Source: a virus
Direction: 5' to 3' (one strand)
IMG/VR virus record: IMGVR_UViG_3300007512_000031
Span: 2,328-66,327 of that record
DNA length: 64,000 nt
Made by a program: the position numbers and the translations under genes. Shown one piece after another: positions 57,661 through 64,000 of this stretch. The notes beneath the pieces were generated by a model that saw only the letters and a program-made list of their open reading frames with translations, did no database searches and had not been told where the DNA came from. Each line of letters begins with the position of its first letter. Positions within the stretch are counted from its first letter, which is position 1.

Positions 57661-59220
57661 TCAATACAGTTTACCGAATGGTCCATACTCATCACCGAAT
57701 TTTTCTGCCATAAACAGCAAATCAGAGAAAAACTTATCTCTTTTATCTTTAGTGAGTTTTTTGAGTATGACATATAAAAAATTGATTTGCATTAATTTTT
57801 GTTGTGCAAAGTTTGAATTCGCCACATATTGTAACTCTATGTTGTCTATAAATTCCTCTTTAGAACTAACACCTGTCGTCACTTTCTTGGAAATTCCCTC
57901 CCACATATCAGCATATAATTTCTTTTCTTTCTTAAATTCTGCTAAATCCCCAGGAAAAGCATTATGATCATTTGTGAACCCCTGCTTCTTATCGGATTTT
58001 GCACCAATGTTTAAATCTTTCATTAGTTCTCTTACCTTTTGAACTGGTGATTTACCCATTCTTGCTGCTGCTCTTTGTTTATCTGTCGGTTCAAATTTTA
58101 AACTCGACCTTTTATTTACCCCCTGAACACCTTTGATGGTAAATTCGTATGCATCTTTACCACCTTCTTTTAACCACAGTTTAGTTTCTTGAGTTGCCAT
58201 AGGTGGTTTGTTTCCAGATTTCATATTCAACCTACAAAGAATATTTGGTCCAACTTCATATTTAAAATCTCTTTTTAGTGTAAAATCTTTAAATTTTGGG
58301 TCTTCTACATTATATACTTTCCACCATGCACCTTGTTTTGGTTTGGTAATCTTTTTCAACGAAATACCAATAACTCTACCAGTGATAAACATTTTCTTTA
58401 GTACTTCATTAAGTACACCAATGTTCCCCGCACTGTTTTTTATTGTATTTGTAATATCTTCTTGCACTTTCTTTTGGTCTTTTACCAACCAAATATCAGC
58501 AGGATTCCAAGTATCTTTTTGCGATATACTATAATGCTTTTTGACAATATCTGTAATATAATCCATAAAACCCTTGGGAGAACCACGGTCATAGTGTTTG
58601 AATTCTGTCCAACCACCTCGTCGCGCTTCTTCTAACATTCGTCTACCCTGTGACATAAAAGATTCTTGCCAATCTGTATTATCTTCTATAATTGGATGAA
58701 CTTTTTTAAGTGCCGCATAAAATTGTTTATCTGCAACAACACAATCTGGAGTATCACCAGCCCATTTGCTATATGTTTTATTATCTTCTATTGCCCTTTT
58801 AATAAACAGCATCGATGCTTCTTCTTCAAACACCGTTTTTTCTGTAGAAGAATATGTTTTTGATGACGGACTATTTTCTCCACCGCCACTGTGTTTTTTA
58901 CCCGTTGCAATAAAACGAATCTTTTCTTCTTTTCCTTTTATCACAACAGACACTTCCAATTCTTTCTTACCTTGAATAAACACTGCTGTTTTTCTTTTCT
59001 TCAATATACCCCTGTCAATCACTTTGTCCCATACTGGATTTTTTGTACCATTGTATATCTTAATTTTATGGATTGCTCTAGGACTTGTCCTTTTTGCATA
59101 GAAAAACTCACCATTCTTCACTTTGTTGAAGAATGTTGCTTTGAGATTGTTGAACAAATCTCTTCCTAAATTAGAAGCATATTGAATTTCTTTTTTCGTT
59201 GAAATATCAAAAGTTGTCAT
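57661..59220 (-). CDS. Hypothetical protein, putative restriction-endonuclease-fold nuclease
   Basis: Basic 519-aa protein with KDTWNPADIWLV...VIGISLKK, resembling a PD-x(n)-SxK variant of the PD-(D/E)xK active site. Confidence 0.55.
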   Translation of the reverse strand: MTTFDISTKKEIQYASNLGRDLFNNLKATFFNKVKNGEFFYAKRTSPRAIHKIKIYNGTKNPVWDKVIDRGILKKRKTAVFIQGKKELEVSVVIKGKEEKIRFIATGKKHSGGGENSPSSKTYSSTEKTVFEEEASMLFIKRAIEDNKTYSKWAGDTPDCVVADKQFYAALKKVHPIIEDNTDWQESFMSQGRRMLEEARRGGWTEFKHYDRGSPKGFMDYITDIVKKHYSISQKDTWNPADIWLVKDQKKVQEDITNTIKNSAGNIGVLNEVLKKMFITGRVIGISLKKITKPKQGAWWKVYNVEDPKFKDFTLKRDFKYEVGPNILCRLNMKSGNKPPMATQETKLWLKEGGKDAYEFTIKGVQGVNKRSSLKFEPTDKQRAAARMGKSPVQKVRELMKDLNIGAKSDKKQGFTNDHNAFPGDLAEFKKEKKLYADMWEGISKKVTTGVSSKEEFIDNIELQYVANSNFAQQKLMQINFLYVILKKLTKDKRDKFFSDLLFMAEKFGDEYGPFGKLY

Positions 59221-59312
59221 GTGTTAGACTCTCCTTGTATATTTAGGAAAATGAAAAAAATAAGATGTATACATAAAAGTGTATTATATAAAAATAACAT
59301 GGAGTTTATTAT

Positions 59313-59822
59313 ATGACAACATACAAAAACAAACTTAGAACTGTGTTAAAAGAGTCTGTGGCTGATGTTCTTTTATTAGAACAACCATACAGAGATGGTT
59401 ATGTATTTCAACCTACCCCTACCCCACCTCCTACTATAACAGCAAGAGACCTAGAGATTGCTAAATATTCTGAAGACCCTGAACTAGACCCAGACGAACC
59501 TGAACTAGACGAACCAGATACTCCTGTAACCATACCGACTAATGGAGAAGGGCATGGATATAGTGATTGGGATGAGAATAGTAATAATAACTTAAACGAC
59601 CATGTAAATAACCTTGATACTCACAAACCAGGCGGACTTCCGTTTAATCTTGATATTGAAATTATTCCTTCCTGGATTGGCGGCCTCTTTGGGGAAAAAC
59701 AGACAAATGAATTGAATAGACTTATTACTCTAGGAAGAACTGAAGGTGATGCAAAATTCAATTTATTGTTATACAATTATAATCAACTACCACAAAAAGG
59801 TGGAGGTTCAGGAGGACCATAA
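59313..59822 (+). CDS. Hypothetical acidic/Pro-rich protein with CTS-like leader
   Basis: TATACATA at 59268-59275 and GGAG RBS; leader MTTYKNKLRTVLKESVADVLLLEQ. Confidence 0.7.
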   Translation: MTTYKNKLRTVLKESVADVLLLEQPYRDGYVFQPTPTPPPTITARDLEIAKYSEDPELDPDEPELDEPDTPVTIPTNGEGHGYSDWDENSNNNLNDHVNNLDTHKPGGLPFNLDIEIIPSWIGGLFGEKQTNELNRLITLGRTEGDAKFNLLLYNYNQLPQKGGGSGGP

Positions 59823-60397
59823 TGTCATTAAATAGAAAACAATATAATTTATCGGAACTTGTTCTTAAAAAACAATGGCATTGGAGTTGGGACTGTACAA
59901 ATCCCAATTACACATTATTCAACATCAAGACTCTTGATGACCATATAATACACATCTATGTTCAAAAACCAAGTGGACCTAAGAATGATTCTACAAATCC
60001 TGCCGGTGGAGTTGTTATTGTTCATAACGATACCGATACCACAACTATCGGAGAGCCTGTTAATATTTCTACAGACAAACACAATCAACTTGATGACCAA
60101 GTAATTAAAGTTGGTGGTCTTGATGTTCATATCACAAATGGTGATGTTGCAGTATTTAACGATGGTGTCCTAGTTGCAGCGCCAGACGATAAAGTAATAA
60201 CCATGCCATCTGGTGGAGAAGGTGAAATTTCTCTTGCTCCACTTCTTACAATACTCGGTACTCTTGCTGGTGGTGGTGGTGGTGGTGGTGGTGATATTGT
60301 TGGTGGTGGAGTTATTCCCGGCGGTGGTGGAGTTATTCCCGGCGGCGGCGGTGGTGGCGGCGGCGGCTTCTTACAGGCACCAGCAGATACACCATAA
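59822..60397 (+). CDS. Hypothetical protein with poly-Gly tail
   Basis: TAATG coupling to the upstream gene; beta-rich core, then GGG repeats. Confidence 0.65.
   Translation: MSLNRKQYNLSELVLKKQWHWSWDCTNPNYTLFNIKTLDDHIIHIYVQKPSGPKNDSTNPAGGVVIVHNDTDTTTIGEPVNISTDKHNQLDDQVIKVGGLDVHITNGDVAVFNDGVLVAAPDDKVITMPSGGEGEISLAPLLTILGTLAGGGGGGGGDIVGGGVIPGGGGVIPGGGGGGGGGFLQAPADTP
60269..60367 (+). repeat. (GGT)8 microsatellite plus 21-bp duplication encoding poly-Gly
   Basis: GGT x8 at 60269-60292; GGTGGTGGAGTTATTCCCGGC at 60302 and 60323; GGC/GGT run follows. Confidence 0.85.
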
Positions 60398-60423
60398 CAA
60401 ATATCAAAATAAAATCATTCAAT

Positions 60424-60455
60424 AAAAAAACCCCACTTTCAACGGTGGGGTTTTT
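60424..60455. terminator. Bidirectional Rho-independent terminator
   Basis: A7-CCCCAC...GTGGGG-T5 between convergent genes. Confidence 0.88.
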
Positions 60456-60478
60456 GTTTAGTTTAATATAAATTATTA

Positions 60479-61105
60479 TTATCGTCTGTTACGCCAATCA
60501 ATACCGTATGGATGTCCACTTTGAGTTGTCAGGTTTGGTCCACTGTGAGTTGTCGGGTTTAGTCCACCCCATGTGTCTGGTGAACCACCAAATTGGTCCC
60601 AATAGTTTGCATAAAAATTAGGATTTGGGCCTGGTGGACCTATAATGTCACTGGGGACTCCACCTTTTCCGCCACTTGGAAACCCCGGAGTTGTTGGCTC
60701 AAACTTGCCTGGTTTAAATTTTGGAGCAGGTGGCTTAGGAATACCATTTCCCCACGGACCAGAATTTTTACCAATGGTAGTTAAATTTCCTGGATACTTT
60801 GGTCTGTTTCCATATCCACTGTCGTCAACTATTACTGGTGAATGTGTTTGTAATGTACCCTTTGGAAGTCTTGGATACTTTGGTCTGTTTCCATAAGGTA
60901 TGTTGCTTGGGTCGCCATGATTCGGCGGAAATATATGTGGAGAGTGTGTTTGTAATGTACCCTTCATTCCTCGATATGCTTCTTCAAGGGAAACTGAATT
61001 CTGCCACGGTCGGACGGGTTCTGTATAATCTGCAACACCTTCTGTTTTTGCTTTTTCAGCAAGAGCAGAAAGATGATTTTTAAAATCGTTTAAGTAAAAT
61101 GTCAT
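60479..61105 (-). CDS. Pro/Gly-rich protein with internal repeats, candidate internal head protein
   Basis: TATACATA at 61141-61148 and GGAG RBS; leader ends SLEEAYRG; KGTLQTHSP x2 and YGNRPKYP x2. Confidence 0.7.
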   Translation of the reverse strand: MTFYLNDFKNHLSALAEKAKTEGVADYTEPVRPWQNSVSLEEAYRGMKGTLQTHSPHIFPPNHGDPSNIPYGNRPKYPRLPKGTLQTHSPVIVDDSGYGNRPKYPGNLTTIGKNSGPWGNGIPKPPAPKFKPGKFEPTTPGFPSGGKGGVPSDIIGPPGPNPNFYANYWDQFGGSPDTWGGLNPTTHSGPNLTTQSGHPYGIDWRNRR

Positions 61106-61252
61106 AGTTGTCTCCTATAGGATAATATTTGTATACACTTTATGTATAACAGCAATTATTTTCATAGAATCTCTAAGATGAATCGTCCGACATATAATCC
61201 GATAATAAAGCCAGAAACAATAACAACACCAGTTGCAATGTTTCCATAGACA

Positions 61253-62071
61253 CTACCGTTCATCCTTAATAGTTGCATGAGTCTCTTTATTCTCATTTTC
61301 TAATATCTCCATTTCTATCCAAACCAAATACTTTATGATAATAGTTGCAGAACATTCTGATATTACCATTTTATCATTAAACGCTTTTATCGCAACATAA
61401 TTACTAATAATTCCTACGACATATTCTTTGTTATCAAATTTAGCAAACACTCCACCACCAGAATCACCAGGCCAGACCGATGCAGGCCTCGGAATAAACT
61501 TCATATAATTTGGTTCTTCTATTACTGTACCAAAATACCTAAATACATTGGGTTTACTATATTTTTTGAACCCAAACGAATAACCGACAGTGGTGATGTT
61601 TTGATATCTTCTCATCCAATCCACGCATCCAATCGATGCTGGCTTATATTTTGAATCACACTCAAGAAATATCAATCCAATGTCATCCTGAATCCGCCCA
61701 AATGTTTTGTTGTAACGGGGGTGCAACACAATATCTTTGACTTTAATTTCTTCATCGTTTCCTATAGAAACAGAAAAGATATCTCCGTCATCGACACAAT
61801 GACCAGCCGTTAGAACTACATTTGGGCGGATAAGTATTCCACTTCCAATTAAATAACCATCTTCTAAGTAAAGACTGCATATAGACGGATATGGGTCATG
61901 TTCTTGTGTTGTTGGAACAAACCATTCATTCAAAAAACTAAATGTTGGGTTAGGTTTTTCTTCTACAACTATATCAGTAGATGTTTCTGGGGGCAGAGAT
62001 GTCTTCTGAGAGGTTTTACACCCACTAAATAATAATATAGTGACTGAGAGATACCTAAATAAGTTTTTCAT
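61253..62071 (-). CDS. Trypsin-like serine protease with lipoprotein signal
   Basis: Lipobox LFSG-C18; catalytic motifs LTAGHC, DDIGL, GDSGGG. Confidence 0.88.
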   Translation of the reverse strand: MKNLFRYLSVTILLFSGCKTSQKTSLPPETSTDIVVEEKPNPTFSFLNEWFVPTTQEHDPYPSICSLYLEDGYLIGSGILIRPNVVLTAGHCVDDGDIFSVSIGNDEEIKVKDIVLHPRYNKTFGRIQDDIGLIFLECDSKYKPASIGCVDWMRRYQNITTVGYSFGFKKYSKPNVFRYFGTVIEEPNYMKFIPRPASVWPGDSGGGVFAKFDNKEYVVGIISNYVAIKAFNDKMVISECSATIIIKYLVWIEMEILENENKETHATIKDER

Positions 62072-62124
62072 GCCCCTTCTATACTATTTAGGCTGAAATG
62101 TGAATCGTATTTGGCATTTTTATT

Positions 62125-62158
62125 AAAAAAGAGTAGATTTTTATGTCTACTCTTTTTT
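62125..62158. terminator. Rho-independent terminator (symmetric A/T tracts)
   Basis: AAAAAAGAGTAGA/TCTACTCTTTTTT inverted repeat with an 8-nt loop. Confidence 0.85.
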
Positions 62159-62176
62159 GTTTGTTGTATTAATTAT

Positions 62177-62884
62177 TTAAAACATCAATGGGTTTGCTTG
62201 ATTCCAGTCGTGCCATCGTTTCCATCTCTTATAGTCTTGCCGCCATTTTCGTAATGCATCTTCGAGAGCATCTCTATCTTGTGGTGTAAGTGTTATATTA
62301 CCAGGAATCATGTCATCCACACTCATAGGTGGCGGATCCATGAATCCACCCGGAACTCTTGGTGGTGGAGGAGTTCCTTTTAAGGGATTAGGCCAACCTA
62401 TTGGTAGAGCAGTTCCTCCATAGGAACCACCCTGACCTACTGCTTCACCTAATTTTGACATCCATTTAGTAGGATTTGTGTTCGGTTCTTGTTTTTGAAT
62501 CGGAAGTTGCTGGTGGTCTGATTCACCACCACCACCGGGTGGAGTGTCATGGACGCCACCATTATACCAATATTCCCACTGACCTGTGTCCCAATTGAAC
62601 CTCTTGTAATACCAACCATATTGATCCCATATCAAATGCCAACCTTTACCCTGTGGAACATCACCACCACTCTGTCTTATAGGTTTACCCCACTTGTGGG
62701 TAGGTTGACCATGTTCATCGTATGTCACACCCGTATCAATATCTGAATATCCTTGCTCTTGTAATGCCTGGTAATATCCTGCACGATATGCTTCGTCAAG
62801 TTGCGTCTGTGTCGGTGCAGTATTTGCCTGTTGCAATCTACTTTGTGTGCTTTCTGAAAGTTGGTCCCATTTTGGTTGAATCAT
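62177..62884 (-). CDS. Hypothetical Trp/Tyr/Pro/Gly-rich protein, candidate internal head protein
   Basis: TATACATA at 62909-62916 and GGAGA RBS; leader contains LDEAYRAGYYQALQEQ. Confidence 0.72.
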   Translation of the reverse strand: MIQPKWDQLSESTQSRLQQANTAPTQTQLDEAYRAGYYQALQEQGYSDIDTGVTYDEHGQPTHKWGKPIRQSGGDVPQGKGWHLIWDQYGWYYKRFNWDTGQWEYWYNGGVHDTPPGGGGESDHQQLPIQKQEPNTNPTKWMSKLGEAVGQGGSYGGTALPIGWPNPLKGTPPPPRVPGGFMDPPPMSVDDMIPGNITLTPQDRDALEDALRKWRQDYKRWKRWHDWNQANPLMF

Positions 62885-62957
62885 TTGAATCTCCTGTGTT
62901 CTTTCTTTTATGTATATATTTTACCCCTTTGGATAGAACAAAGGTATGTATAATATT

Positions 62958-63476
62958 TTAAATTTCGTTAAAGTTTATATTCTTCTTTCGTAATAATCCA
63001 TAGTCATTTGTGATTCCTCTAAATGCGTATGGATTATCAAATTCTAGTGTTGTATCCTCTGCTTCTGGAGTTTCTGGTTTCGATGACCAATTGTGTGTGG
63101 TGATATATGGTCGAAGTTTAAAAGATGTATTCAAACCACTCGGAGTTTCATCCGAACCAGTTTCTGTTTCTGGAAATCTCCAATTCGTTTGTACATCTAT
63201 TGGTTCTACTTCTCCATCAGGAATTTCTGGAAGACCATGAAGCCATTTGTAGTACCATCCCCAATCTTCTCTTTCATCAGCATATTCGTCTGGGTCATGG
63301 CCAATGTCACCATCGCCAACAAAACCTGGACCAGCATTTTGCCAAGGATTTTCAAATGAACCATCGTCATTGCCCAAACCACTAACCAATCCTTGTGGTG
63401 TAGAAATACCTTGAATGTAATCCGGCTTCCTTCTCGGCATCCACTGTTCTTTGATGTAACTATTGAAACTTAACAT
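62958..63476 (-). CDS. Hypothetical acidic protein with CTS-like leader
   Basis: N-terminus MLSFNSYIKEQ. Confidence 0.7.
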   Translation of the reverse strand: MLSFNSYIKEQWMPRRKPDYIQGISTPQGLVSGLGNDDGSFENPWQNAGPGFVGDGDIGHDPDEYADEREDWGWYYKWLHGLPEIPDGEVEPIDVQTNWRFPETETGSDETPSGLNTSFKLRPYITTHNWSSKPETPEAEDTTLEFDNPYAFRGITNDYGLLRKKNINFNEI

Positions 63477-63580
63477 TAGAATTTTGCACCATGTCTAGCC
63501 GCAATTGCATAAGCGGTGTGTGGTATACCACTTTGTTCGTTTATTATTTCTCCCCGTAAGTATTGTTTAAAATGTGACAT
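63476..63580 (-). CDS. 34-aa micro-ORF with CTS-like leader
   Basis: Below the ORF-track cutoff. Hand translation MSHFKQYLRGEIINEQSGIPHTAYAIAARHGAKF*; GAGAG upstream and TAATG coupling to the next gene. Confidence 0.6.
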   Translation of the reverse strand: MSHFKQYLRGEIINEQSGIPHTAYAIAARHGAKF

Positions 63581-63593
63581 ATTCTCTCTCTCT

Positions 63594-63896
63594 TTAGTGT
63601 GGTTTCAAATGACCACTTGGTTTCATGCTTGCAGATGCTTCTATATTTCTTTTCGCTACACGATTCACAACAGGCGAATTGGCAATTTCATTCATTCTTC
63701 TATTAAAACCAGGACACATTTTGTCTGGTGTTAATTTTGCATCAGCACCTGTAATTGGAACACTGATACCTTTTCTTACTTTCTTCGCATTACATTCTGG
63801 ACAAGGATTATTCAAAGGTTCATCTCTTTTGTCTACACTTGAAAGTAATTCAAAATTATGTTCACACGATTCACAATGGTATTCATATAATGGCAT
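63594..63896 (-). CDS. FmdB-family zinc-ribbon protein
   Basis: MPLYEYHCESCEHNFE...PCPECNAKKVRK (two CxxC motifs). Confidence 0.85.
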   Translation of the reverse strand: MPLYEYHCESCEHNFELLSSVDKRDEPLNNPCPECNAKKVRKGISVPITGADAKLTPDKMCPGFNRRMNEIANSPVVNRVAKRNIEASASMKPSGHLKPH

Positions 63897-64000
63897 TATC
63901 TAATTGTCCTCTTTCTTTTATTTAGGAGTTTTGCAACTTTCCTTGCAACTTCTCCAACTTGGTCCACTTTCTTTCCTGATTCTTTTACTTGGATTGCTCG
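63896..64000 (-). CDS. 3' end of an unidentified ORF truncated by the window edge
   Basis: Open frame RAIQVKESGKKVDQVGEVARKVAKLLNKRKRTIR* ending in a TAATG overlap with the FmdB-like gene. Confidence 0.5.
   Translation of the reverse strand, partial: RAIQVKESGKKVDQVGEVARKVAKLLNKRKRTIR

Noticed and set aside
61173-61247. 24-aa hydrophobic micro-ORF METLQLVLLLFLALLSDYMSDDSS (minus strand) after the protease gene
   Set aside because: A plausible membrane peptide, but too short and without a clear RBS to support from sequence alone.
1-64000. Alternative genetic code, tRNA genes, group I introns or a diversity-generating retroelement
   Set aside because: Core genes translate full-length in the standard code with TAA, TGA and TAG stops. 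I saw no tRNA cloverleaf, interrupted core gene (other than the intein), reverse transcriptase or TR/VR pair.

Overview
AT-rich segment of a large T4-like myovirus genome with marine/environmental-type (Kyanoviridae-like) gene order; the host cannot be determined from this window. It holds recombination and late-transcription genes (gp47 partial, gp55, uvsW with a 135-aa mini-intein in its DExH motif, dCMP deaminase, uvsY, gp32, gp33, an exonuclease). It also holds the near-complete virion module: gp3, gp23, gp22, gp21, core proteins, gp20-gp13, fibres, a DUF4815/VrlC-like protein, gp8, gp7, gp6, gp25, PAAR, gp5, hub, gp53, gp48, gp4, gp2, gp54-like, gp26/gp51 and a tape-measure-like gene. An accessory array follows at about 55.4-63.6 kb. 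Main observations: (1) about 13-14 otherwise unrelated small, often Pro/Gly/aromatic-rich orphan proteins carry N-terminal leaders resembling the T4 internal-protein capsid-targeting sequence and ending in gp21-type [LIM]-x-E sites. Several share leader modules (L-x-[EQ]-AY-x-AGY-x-x-A-[LM]-x-E and F-x-x-WA-x-QY-x-x-PE), which suggests a modular leader-plus-cargo capsid payload system. (2) A candidate -1 programmed frameshift (internal SD, T-TTT-TTT, hairpin) joins gp26 to gp51 directly upstream of the tape-measure-like gene, matching the lambda G/GT chaperone architecture. (3) G-x-[ST]-[GA] motifs pervade the exposed virion proteins. (4) The late promoter appears degenerate, TA[ACT]ATA. All family calls come from motif recognition and synteny, not database searches. 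No tRNA, rRNA or CRISPR array was seen.
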